Source of the DNA: Kofleriaceae bacterium
GTDB taxonomy: Bacteria; Myxococcota_A; Polyangia; Haliangiales; Haliangiaceae
Length of the DNA: 42,024 bases
Direction: 5' to 3'
Assembly: GCA_046597055.1 (NCBI GenBank)
Contig: JBKJLC010000097.1
Span: 1 to 42,024, forward strand
Of this stretch, positions 16,074-27,324 are shown piece after piece. The translations under genes and the position numbers were made by a program. The notes beneath the pieces are model-generated. The model saw only the letters and a program-made list of their open reading frames with translations. It was not told the DNA's origin and made no database searches. Position 1 is the stretch's first letter. Each line of letters begins with the position of its first letter.

Positions 16074-16916
16074 ATGACCTGTAGCCGCCTTGCCTTGACG
16101 GTGTTCGCTGCCGCGCTCACCGCTCCACTGATCGCCAGTGCCGACATCCCCACCGTCGGGAATGCCTGGGTCGCGCCGACCGCGAAGACCTGGCTCGGCG
16201 GGAGCCCGGTCGTCACCGATGCCGCCGGCAAGGTGACCGTGTACTGGTTCTGCAAGCCGAAGAACGACGCCTGCAAGGACGACCTCGCCCGCCTGTTCAA
16301 CATGCGCGAGCAGGGCAACGTCTATGTCGTCGCGTACATCGGCGGCACCAAGCGGGACGCCAGGAAGCTCGACCCGGTCCGGTCCGAGGTCGGCGCCGGC
16401 GCGGTCGCCTACGGCCCGGCCCTGGCGAAGGCGCTCGCGAAGCTCGGCGTCAGCACCGCGCCGACCTCGATCGTCGTCGACACCGAGGGCAAGGTCGCGC
16501 ACGTGTCGATCGGTGGCGAGCCCGACAGCCTCGACGCCCGCGACCAGAAGGTGGCGGCGCTGGTCGCGGCCATCAAGGAGTTCACGCTCAGGCCGAGCGG
16601 TCCCGAGCAGGTGAAGCCGGGCCAGCGCTTCGAGCTCAAGGCCGACGTCGAGCTGGCGAGCTGGCTCGCCTTCGATGCCGGCGTGAAGCCAGAGGTCCGA
16701 CTCACGGTCCCGCCCGACGTCACCTGCGACGCGGCCGGCAAGGCGATCCCGGCCACGCTCGAGGGTCGCCGGCTGACCGCGGTGGTCGGCTGCACCGGCG
16801 CGGTCAAGGGCAGCTACGAGGCGCGGATGGATCTGCGGTTCGGCTACCGCGCGCTCAACAAGGCGGTCGGCGTCGGGCAGGACACGGTCAGCTTCAAGTT
16901 CCAGGTCCGGCCCTGA
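16074..16916 (+). CDS. Exported atypical thioredoxin-fold (TlpA-like) protein with a C-terminal beta-rich domain
   Basis: Signal peptide; GKVTVYWFCKPKNDAC in the CxxC region; APTSIVVDTEGKV cis-Pro motif; C-terminal beta-strand domain with two Cys. TATGCT lies 7 nt upstream of the ATG. Confidence 0.7.
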   Translation: MTCSRLALTVFAAALTAPLIASADIPTVGNAWVAPTAKTWLGGSPVVTDAAGKVTVYWFCKPKNDACKDDLARLFNMREQGNVYVVAYIGGTKRDARKLDPVRSEVGAGAVAYGPALAKALAKLGVSTAPTSIVVDTEGKVAHVSIGGEPDSLDARDQKVAALVAAIKEFTLRPSGPEQVKPGQRFELKADVELASWLAFDAGVKPEVRLTVPPDVTCDAAGKAIPATLEGRRLTAVVGCTGAVKGSYEARMDLRFGYRALNKAVGVGQDTVSFKFQVRP

Positions 16917-16934
16917 CCCCGGCCCGGGGGCGGC

Positions 16935-17336
16935 TCAGGTGCTGCGCTTCATGCCGTACATGAGCAGGACCAGGAACACGACGATCGGCAGCAGGTAGGG
17001 CAGCACGAACAGGCCGCCGACCGCGAAGCGGTCCCAGCCGATCATCATCTGCCCGGCCGCGATCGACCCGGCGATCACGAACGCGCCGAGCGCCTCGGGC
17101 CAGTCGGCCTCGATCTTGAGCCCGATCGCGTAGATGCCGACCCCGATCACGAACGCGACCGCGGTGAGCGCCCAGCTCGGCAGGCCGAGGAAGCTCTGCA
17201 CGCCGTTGCGGGCGATCTCGGGGTTCGACATGGCGAGGTTGGCGACCAGCACGCCGACCACCAGGACCAGGAGCAGGATGAGGTACGTCCACATCTTGCT
17301 CTTGCGCGATCCCATGAACTGATTCTCGACGGTCAT
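16935..17336 (-). CDS. Hypothetical 4-TM membrane protein
   Basis: C-terminal 133 aa of the long shadow ORF (MTVENQFMGSRKSKMWTYLILLL...): four hydrophobic helices, high GC3, GGAG RBS and TACGAT upstream. Confidence 0.8.
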   Translation of the reverse strand: MTVENQFMGSRKSKMWTYLILLLVLVVGVLVANLAMSNPEIARNGVQSFLGLPSWALTAVAFVIGVGIYAIGLKIEADWPEALGAFVIAGSIAAGQMMIGWDRFAVGGLFVLPYLLPIVVFLVLLMYGMKRST

Positions 17337-17380
17337 GTAGGGCTCCCGCCGCGATCGTACGCCGGACCGGCGCGCGGGTG

Positions 17381-18694
17381 TTACTCGGCGGGGCGTCGGT
17401 TGAGCGCGGCGACCGCGGCGCGGCCGGCCGCGATATCGACCCGGAGCAGCAGCGCGCCGCCGACCACGAAGAACGCGACGATCGAGAGGATCGCGGGCCG
17501 GCTCGAGCCGAACACCGTGATCGCGACCGCGAACAGGAGCGGGCCGGCGATGCCCGCGAACTTCTCGAACACCGCGAACAGGCCGAAGAATTTGCTCGAT
17601 CGATCCTTGGGGATCATGCTGGCGAACAGCGAGCGGGACAGCGCCTGGGTGCCGCCCTGGACCAGGCCGACCATCACCGCGAGGATGAAGAAGTCGGTCG
17701 CGGTGGTCATGAAATAGCCGAAGACGCTGACCGCGGCGTAGACCGCCAGCCCGCACAGGATGGCGGTGCGGGTGCCGATGCGGCCGGCGATCGCGCCGAA
17801 GCCGAAGGTCGCCGGGATGCCGACGAACTGGACGATGACCAGCGCGGTGATGAGCTGGCCGGTCTCCATCTTCAGCTGCTCGGCGCCGTAGATCGCCGCC
17901 ATGCGGAAGATGGTGCCGATGCCGTCGTTGTAGACGAGGAAGGCGATCAGGAGCCGGGTCGCCTCGCGGTAGCGGCGCAGCTCGGTGAACGTGTGACGGA
18001 GATCGGAGAAGGCGGCCCGGACCACGCCGCGGCCGCGGACCTCGCGGTCGGCCGCCAGCGCCGGCTCGCGCACGGTGCGGAGCAGCGGGATGGCGAACCC
18101 CGCCCACCACGCGGCGGTGACCAGGAAGGTCAGCTGGATCGCGGCGGTCTTGCTGGCGAGCCCGAGCAGCGCCGGCTGGGCGATCACCGCGCCGGCGCCC
18201 GCGAGCAGGAGGCCGCCGCCGAAGTAGCCGAGCGCGTAGCCCGCCGCCGAGACCCGGTCGACCTCGTCCGGGCCGGCGATGTGGGGCAAGAGCGCGTCGT
18301 AGAAGACGAACGCGCCCTGTGCGGCCATGTTGGTCAGGCCGAACAGGACCAGCGCGAGCATCCAGTCGCCGGGGCCGATCAGCGCGAGCGCGGCGGTGCC
18401 GACGATGCCGACCGCGCTGAAGCCGGCCAGGAAGCGCTTCTTGACCGGGGCCCGGTCCGCGATCGTGCCCAGCACCGGCGACGCGATCGCGATCAGCGCC
18501 ATCGCGATCGTGGTGGCGATCGCGAGCCGGCGGGTCGCCTCGGACGGCAGCAGCTCGGCCGCGGGCACCCCGGCGAAGAACGGCGGGAACACCGCGGCCA
18601 CCACGACCGTGATGAACGCCGAGTTGGCCCAGTCGTACGCGGCCCACGCGCGCAGCTCGGGACGATCGAGGCCGAGCCGGCGCAGGATGCTCAT
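17381..18694 (-). CDS. MFS transporter, UMF1/Atg22-like family
   Basis: WAAYDWANSAF, FYDALL, GYALGYFGG, YNDGIGT and GGTQALSRSLF motifs; ~12 TM. Confidence 0.93.
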   Translation of the reverse strand: MSILRRLGLDRPELRAWAAYDWANSAFITVVVAAVFPPFFAGVPAAELLPSEATRRLAIATTIAMALIAIASPVLGTIADRAPVKKRFLAGFSAVGIVGTAALALIGPGDWMLALVLFGLTNMAAQGAFVFYDALLPHIAGPDEVDRVSAAGYALGYFGGGLLLAGAGAVIAQPALLGLASKTAAIQLTFLVTAAWWAGFAIPLLRTVREPALAADREVRGRGVVRAAFSDLRHTFTELRRYREATRLLIAFLVYNDGIGTIFRMAAIYGAEQLKMETGQLITALVIVQFVGIPATFGFGAIAGRIGTRTAILCGLAVYAAVSVFGYFMTTATDFFILAVMVGLVQGGTQALSRSLFASMIPKDRSSKFFGLFAVFEKFAGIAGPLLFAVAITVFGSSRPAILSIVAFFVVGGALLLRVDIAAGRAAVAALNRRPAE

Positions 18695-18920
18695 CGCGGC
18701 GCGACCGTAGCACCGGGCGCCCGCGGCGGCGCGCTCGCGCCGATGCAGCTCTACACCTCCTGCTGGGGCTGGGGACGCGCCCGGCCGGGCTCGCCGTCGG
18801 CGAGGCCGAGGTCCCGGCGCTTGCTCGATCCGGGGCCCCCGGGCGCGACGCACGCCGGTGCCATTGCCCCAACCCGCGGACGCACGCACCACCCGGCCGT
18901 GGAATTTCCGAGCGGTCCTG

Positions 18921-19056
18921 GGACCTCGTCCCCGCCTCGGCTCGCCCTTCGTGCTGGCCTCGAATACACCGGAAAGATGTGCGGGATCCTGAGGGCGAGC
19001 GGAGCACCCTTCGCCTCTGCGCCTGGCGCTTCGCGCGGGGCGAACGGGGATGGTCT
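18921..19056. other. Structured intergenic element (three-way-junction fold; REP/MITE-like or sRNA)
   Basis: Outer gacc..tccccg / cgggga..ggtc; arm 1 gctcgccct/agggcgagc; arm 2 ttcgcctc/ggggcgaa with an inner gcgcc/ggcgc. Confidence 0.4.
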
Positions 19057-19100
19057 GGCGAGCGCAGACTCGAGATGCCGACCTCGCGCCCGCCAGGGCG

Positions 19101-22316
<3,216 letters not shown>

Positions 22317-22336
22317 CTGATAGGACTGTAACGCCG

Positions 22337-23116
22337 ATGCTCGCTCCGCTCCATGTCGTCCGCGCCGGTCAGGGCCCGTGCTGTGTCCTCGTCCACGGCA
22401 GCGCGACCGACCTGGGGACGTGGATCATCCAGATGGCGTCGGGGCTGACCGAGCAGGTCCAGCTGATCGCGTACGACCGCCGCGGCGCCGGCCGGTCGGT
22501 GCTGCCCGACGGGGTGCCGTGGCTGTCGGTCGAGGCCCACGCCCGCGAGCTGGCCGACCTGATCGAGGCCGAGGGCGGACCCGCGGTCGTGATCGGCTCG
22601 AGCTTCGGGGCGGTGGTCACGCTCGAGCTGGCGCGCCAGCGGCCGGCGCTGGTGCGCGGCGCCGTCTTGCTCGAGCCGCCGCTGCCGCCATCGGATGACG
22701 CGCCGTCATCGCCGACCGGCTTCCTCGAGGCGCTCGACGCCATCGCCGCCGCGCAGGGCCCGCCGGCCGCGGCCGAGCGCTTCCTGCGCACCGTGCTCGG
22801 CGACGACGCGTGGGGCAAGCTGCCGCGCGCGTTCCAGGAGCGCAGCAAGCAGTTCTGGTCGCAGATCCGCGGCGATTGCCGCGCGCTCGAGGCCTACCGC
22901 GTGCGCTACGCGGAGCTGGGCGCGATCGAGGTGCCGGTGTTGCTCCTCGGCGGTGACCGCTCGGCGTCGTACTTCCGGCCGACGCTCGACGCGCTCGCCG
23001 GCCGCCTGCCGCGGGCCGAGCTGCACGTGCTCAAGGGTGCCGGCCACATGATGCAGGCCGAGGCGCCGCGCGCCTTTCACGACCGGCTGCTGACGTTCGT
23101 CGCCTCGCTGCCCTGA
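22337..23116 (+). CDS. Alpha/beta hydrolase
   Basis: VHGS, YDRRGAGRS, GSSFG nucleophile elbow and C-terminal GAGH. Confidence 0.92.
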   Translation: MLAPLHVVRAGQGPCCVLVHGSATDLGTWIIQMASGLTEQVQLIAYDRRGAGRSVLPDGVPWLSVEAHARELADLIEAEGGPAVVIGSSFGAVVTLELARQRPALVRGAVLLEPPLPPSDDAPSSPTGFLEALDAIAAAQGPPAAAERFLRTVLGDDAWGKLPRAFQERSKQFWSQIRGDCRALEAYRVRYAELGAIEVPVLLLGGDRSASYFRPTLDALAGRLPRAELHVLKGAGHMMQAEAPRAFHDRLLTFVASLP

Positions 23117-23240
23117 GCTGAGCCAAGCGAGGCGGCGCGGGACCCGTACCGATCGGGCGCGGCCCCCGGGCCGCGGCCGACCGATCGACTCCGACGCCGC
23201 CCCTTGCAGGGTGGCCACTTACAGGGCAGATTGCGCGGTC

Positions 23241-24725
23241 ATGCCAGAGCCGACGTCGAGGATCGAACCGGGTGCCCGTGCCGTGATGCTGGCGGTGCAA
23301 CAGCAGGGCGTGGACGACGGGTCGTTCGCGTCATCGCTGGCGGAGCTGCGCCGGCTGGCGATCACGCTCGGGCTCGACGTGGTCGGCAAGGTGACCCAGC
23401 GCCGCGCCAAGGTCGCGCCCGGCAAGGTGGTCGGCGACGGCAAGCTGGTCGAGCTCTCCAGGTGGACCGGCGGCACCGGCGAGATCGAGGCGTACAAGAA
23501 GCCGGGCACGACCAAGATGCAGGACAAGGCCGCGATCGACGCGCGCCTGAAGGCCGAGGCCGAGGCCGACGCCGAGCCCGAGACCGACCAGGACGACGAC
23601 GCCGCGGCCGAGGCGCCGGTGGCCGAGGCGCCGGTGTCGTCGGAGGACGACGTGCCCTCGGGCGGGCCGCCGCCGGGCGTGACGTGCTCGGTGGTCCTGG
23701 TCGACCACGACCTCACGCCCAGCCAGCAGCGCAACCTCGAGGCCGCCACCGGCGCCGAGGTGATGGATCGCACCCAGGTGATCCTCGGCATCTTCCATCG
23801 CCACGCGCATACCCGCGAGGCGCGGCTCCAGGTCGAGATCGCGCGCCTCCAGTACCTGGCGCCGCGCCTGCGCGAGCTGGGCGGCGGCACCGAGCGCCAG
23901 CGCGGCGGCGGCGTCGGCCGCAGCGCCGGCGAGACCTCGCTCGAGCTCGATCGCCGCAAGATCCGCGATCGCATCGCCGAGCTGCGCGACGAGCTGGCGG
24001 CGATCGAGGGCGGCGGCAAGATCCGGCGCGCGCGCCGCGGCGACGTGTCGACCGTCGCGGTCGTCGGCTACACCAACGCTGGCAAGAGCTCGCTCATGCG
24101 CGCGCTCACCGGCAGCGACGTCTACATCGCCGACAAGCTGTTCGCGACCCTCGACACCACCGTGCGGGTGCTCGACGCCCGGGTGAAGCCGCCGATCCTG
24201 CTGTCGGACACGGTCGGCTTCATCAAGAAGCTGCCCCACGATCTGGTGGCCTCGTTCCGGTCCACGCTCGAGGAGGCCGCCGCCGCCGACCTGCTGCTGC
24301 ACGTGGTCGACGCCAGCGACGCCGCCTTCCGCGATCACATGGACGTCACCCGCAGCGTGCTCGCCGAGGTCGGCGCCGACGCGCCGATGATGTACGTGCT
24401 CAACAAGTCGGATCGCCTGACCGACGAGCAGCGCGCCGAGCTCGCGCTGGCGTTCCCTGACGCGGTCATCATGTCGGCCAAGAACCAGGCCGACGTGGTC
24501 GCGCTGCGCGAGCAGATCGTCGAGCGCTTCGCCGGCGCGTCGGTCACGGTCGACCTGCTGGTGCCGTGGGATCGCCACAAGCTGGTCCACTCGCTCCACG
24601 ATCGTTGTCACGTGCTGGGCGAGCGCCACGACGAGGCTGGCACCCTGGTCACCGTCCGCGGCCCCAAGTCGATCCTCGACGAGCTGTCCGCCGAGCTCGC
24701 GGCGCCCGCCGCGCCGCCGAGTTGA
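23241..24725 (+). CDS. hflX: GTPase HflX
   Basis: DRTQVILGIF, EARLQVEIARLQY, GETSLELDRR, GYTNAGKS, LFATLDTT, DTVGF and NKSD. Confidence 0.96.
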   Translation: MPEPTSRIEPGARAVMLAVQQQGVDDGSFASSLAELRRLAITLGLDVVGKVTQRRAKVAPGKVVGDGKLVELSRWTGGTGEIEAYKKPGTTKMQDKAAIDARLKAEAEADAEPETDQDDDAAAEAPVAEAPVSSEDDVPSGGPPPGVTCSVVLVDHDLTPSQQRNLEAATGAEVMDRTQVILGIFHRHAHTREARLQVEIARLQYLAPRLRELGGGTERQRGGGVGRSAGETSLELDRRKIRDRIAELRDELAAIEGGGKIRRARRGDVSTVAVVGYTNAGKSSLMRALTGSDVYIADKLFATLDTTVRVLDARVKPPILLSDTVGFIKKLPHDLVASFRSTLEEAAAADLLLHVVDASDAAFRDHMDVTRSVLAEVGADAPMMYVLNKSDRLTDEQRAELALAFPDAVIMSAKNQADVVALREQIVERFAGASVTVDLLVPWDRHKLVHSLHDRCHVLGERHDEAGTLVTVRGPKSILDELSAELAAPAAPPS

Positions 24726-24912
24726 CGTTCGCGCCACCGCGGGTCGGCCCCGGCGTGGGGCACCCGGCGGTGCACGCCACCGGATATCACGGCGGGTCAC
24801 GGCCGGGACCACGCCCGCCGGGCCCGCGGGTGCGCGAGCGCCCGCTCGTGGCCGGTGCGCACACCAAAAAGTCCTGCAGGCTCGCAAGTGTCCGTGGTCG
24901 TGAGATCGGTCT

Positions 24913-24928
24913 CGGCATGAGGTGTGCG
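24913..24928 (+). promoter_or_regulatory. sigma54 (-24/-12) promoter candidate for the BON gene
   Basis: CGGCATGAGGTGTGCG with correct GG-N10-GC spacing, 45 nt before the ATG. Confidence 0.55.
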
Positions 24929-24973
24929 TACCCTCCCGGGACCACCGCGCTCGTGCGGCGGTCAGGAGCTCTC

Positions 24974-25420
24974 ATGCGCCAACGACAGATCACCGAGCAG
25001 CCGACCAACGACCTGCGGGCGCCGGGCCGCGTGGCGCCGGGGGCCGAGAACCGGTTTGACGTCTCCGAAGAGCGCCCCAAGGGCTACAGCGAGATCGCGC
25101 GCGAGTCAGTTCCGTTGCCCGATTCCTCGTACCGGCCGACCACGTCCGAGGAGGAGTTCGCGGGCGAGCAGACCGGTCTGCGGGTGGTATCGGCGTGGCC
25201 CGACGACCGCTCGCCGTCCGAAGACGCGGTGCGCGAGGTCCTGGCGGAGGAGCCGCAGCTCGACGTGAGTGACCTGCGCCTGGTGATCCAGGGCTCGACG
25301 ATCGCGATCGAGGGCTCGGTTGCGAGCTCGCGGGACCGCCGGGAGCTGGTCACGTTGCTCGAGAAGGTGCCCGGGATCAGCGAGGTCATCGCGACCACGC
25401 TGCGCATCCGCAGCGTCTGA
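24974..25420 (+). CDS. BON-domain protein
   Basis: C-terminal VREVLAEEPQLDVSDLRLVIQGSTIAIEGSV...LEKVPGISEVIATTLRI BON pattern; AGGAG RBS at 24964-24968. Confidence 0.8.
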   Translation: MRQRQITEQPTNDLRAPGRVAPGAENRFDVSEERPKGYSEIARESVPLPDSSYRPTTSEEEFAGEQTGLRVVSAWPDDRSPSEDAVREVLAEEPQLDVSDLRLVIQGSTIAIEGSVASSRDRRELVTLLEKVPGISEVIATTLRIRSV

Positions 25421-25602
25421 GGACCCGCCCAGGCGGCGGTCAGGCACCGGCGATGCATCGTGAGCAAGGCTGCAGGCGCTCCGGACGCCTGAGCCGGCAC
25501 ACCTGCGTGGCGCCGTCGCCGCGGCCAGAGTCCGAGCCGCTGACGCAGCGTGCCCACGACGCGCCCGGGTCACCTCGGGGCATCGTCGACGTGGACGTCA
25601 GA

Positions 25603-25878
25603 TCAACGCCCAGTCGGGGCGGGGGCGTCTCCCTCGTCCTCGTCCTCGTCCTCCTCGTTTTCATCCAGAGAGGTGCCACCCGGGCTGACGACGGTCTCGG
25701 TGTCATTGGTGACCGTGGCGGCGCCGTGGGTGCGGCCCTGCTCGACCTTGGCGTCTTCGCCGATGCCGGGCGGCATCAGCGTCGGCTCGCTCTCGCGCTC
25801 CGCCCCCGCAGATCCTTTCTTGGCCGGAGTCTTCGAGGTCTTCGACTCGCTCTTGGAGCTCTTCTTTGCGTTCGGCAT
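25603..25878 (-). CDS. Small disordered protein (Lys/Ser-rich N-terminus, acidic C-terminus)
   Basis: MPNAKKSSKSESKTSKTPAKK...DENEEDEDEDEGD, 91 aa, directly behind a near-consensus sigma54 promoter. Confidence 0.65.
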   Translation of the reverse strand: MPNAKKSSKSESKTSKTPAKKGSAGAERESEPTLMPPGIGEDAKVEQGRTHGAATVTNDTETVVSPGGTSLDENEEDEDEDEGDAPAPTGR

Positions 25879-25890
25879 GACCGGTGGGGC

Positions 25891-25906
25891 AGCAAGCAAG
25901 ATGCCA
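25891..25906 (-). promoter_or_regulatory. sigma54 promoter
   Basis: TGGCATCTTGCTTGCT versus the consensus TGGCAC-N5-TTGC. Confidence 0.75.
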
Positions 25907-26110
25907 CCCTGGCCCATCCATCCGGATCCCGTCGGCATGCGCGGGGAATCGTTGTTACCAAGGGTGTCCAGGCCATGCCTGCTCGCCATATTGCGAGCCA
26001 CGTTGCATGTTGGACAGGACAGTGCGGGCGCACGCGCTCGGTGTGCTACGGGGGCGCAATCTGCTTACACCGATCCCATGCGAGATCAGGGCATCACGTA
26101 CTTCTGTGTG

Positions 26111-26126
26111 CGGCACGCACTTCGCA
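26111..26126 (+). promoter_or_regulatory. sigma54 promoter candidate
   Basis: CGGCACGCACTTCGCA, GG-N10-GC, 14 nt before GTG 26141. Confidence 0.6.
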
Positions 26127-26140
26127 AAGCACGTGAACCC

Positions 26141-26557
26141 GTGCAGACCGAAGACACCAGGAACTCCTCTGTCCCTGAGCTCATGACCGGCATCGTCGGA
26201 GACCTCAAGGATCTCGTCAGCGGCCATGTGGACTCGGTCCGCGGTGAGGTCGCTGGCGGTGTGCAGGACCTCAAGACGGTCGTCACGGCGGTCGCGATCG
26301 CCGCATCCACGGCGATGGTGGCAGCGCTCCTCGCCTTCTTCGCCCTGGCAGCCACCCTGGTTGCCCTGGGGCTCCCGACCTGGGGCGCGCTGTGGATCGT
26401 GACTGCGACCGCCGCCCTCATCAGCACTGTGTTCATCGTCCGTGCGCGCCAGCGTGGCCGCGCCGCGGACGTCGTCCCCGACGAGAGTCTTGCGCGAATC
26501 GGTCAGGACGCCCGCTGGGTTGCCGACCGCGCTTCCGACACCGTCACCGGCCACTGA
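26141..26557 (+). CDS. Phage_holin_3_6/YqjE-like membrane protein
   Basis: SVPELMTGIVGDLKDLVSGHVDSVRGEV, then two TM helices and a P.ESLARIGQDARW tail; clustered with an ElaB/YqjD-like gene. Confidence 0.8.
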   Translation: MQTEDTRNSSVPELMTGIVGDLKDLVSGHVDSVRGEVAGGVQDLKTVVTAVAIAASTAMVAALLAFFALAATLVALGLPTWGALWIVTATAALISTVFIVRARQRGRAADVVPDESLARIGQDARWVADRASDTVTGH

Positions 26558-26592
26558 TCCCGTAGACACTCGAACGAACGAAGGAGATTCCC

Positions 26593-26862
26593 ATGGCAAA
26601 CATCCGCACCGACAAGCCCAGCAACTCGCTGGAGCAGCAGGGTCACGAAATTGGCGAGCGCATCCAGGGCGCGCTCGAAGACGCCCAGACCCGCCTCACC
26701 GATGCCGGTGCCCGGCTGTCGAAGGCGACCTCGCGCGCTCGCGACGTCGCCGGTGACAAGTTCGAGTCGCTCGGCTCGTTGATGGCCAAGCACCCCGTCG
26801 CGACCGTCGCGATCGGCCTGGGCGTCGGCTTCGTCATCGGTCGCCTCATGGCGAGGGACTGA
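26593..26862 (+). CDS. ElaB/YqjD (DUF883)-like tail-anchored protein
   Basis: C-terminal KHPVATVAIGLGVGFVIGRLMAR; AAGGAG RBS. Confidence 0.85.
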   Translation: MANIRTDKPSNSLEQQGHEIGERIQGALEDAQTRLTDAGARLSKATSRARDVAGDKFESLGSLMAKHPVATVAIGLGVGFVIGRLMARD

Positions 26863-26865
26863 CTC

Positions 26866-27147
26866 GTGACGTCGCCCGCCACCGAGGAGCGCATCGGGCA
26901 CGCCCGGCAGGGGCTCGATGAAAAGCTGGCCGAGATCGAGCGTCGCGTGCTCGCGGCCAAGAATTTTGTCGATCCCGGCCGGCTCTTCGAGAACCAGTGG
27001 TTCCGCGTGGGCCTGGCCTTCGCGGTCGGCTTCGCCGCGGGCTATGCGCGCGACTCGGCTCCGATGAAGACCGGCATGCGGCTCGTGCTCACGGCGGGTG
27101 CCAAGCACCTCTTGCGCGACGCATTCGACCGCGGGAACCACAGCTAA
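26866..27147 (+). CDS. Small hypothetical protein (DUF3618-like) of the holin/YqjD cluster
   Basis: EERIGHARQGLDEKLAEIERRV coiled segment plus WFRVGLAFAVGFAAG helix; starts 3 nt after the previous stop. Confidence 0.7.
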   Translation: MTSPATEERIGHARQGLDEKLAEIERRVLAAKNFVDPGRLFENQWFRVGLAFAVGFAAGYARDSAPMKTGMRLVLTAGAKHLLRDAFDRGNHS

Positions 27148-27324
27148 CCGGTCGGCGGCCGCGACGGACCTCGCCGGCGGTACGGGAAAGATCCACTCTC
27201 GACGGAGCGCTCGGGCATCAGGTCTCGTGCGCGGCGCCGGTTGGTGGAGCTTCCCTGGACCGCCGCTTGCGGTGTTTCGACCCGGAGTCCGTCGTGCCGG
27301 CGCTGCGGCGGAGCGGGTCCGGAG

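Noticed and set aside
18765..19100. tmRNA (GGGGCTG start)
   Set aside because: No GAUUCGAC after the 5' end, no T-arm/CCA 3' end and no tag reading frame.
26141..26557. Prophage lysis gene ('holin')
   Set aside because: No endolysin or phage genes nearby; the context is the YqjD/YqjE-type stress cluster.
27157..27298. 6S RNA
   Set aside because: Shorter than typical, the closing stem is short, there is no clear symmetric central bubble and the usual zapA/ygfA context is absent. Left as an unassigned hairpin.
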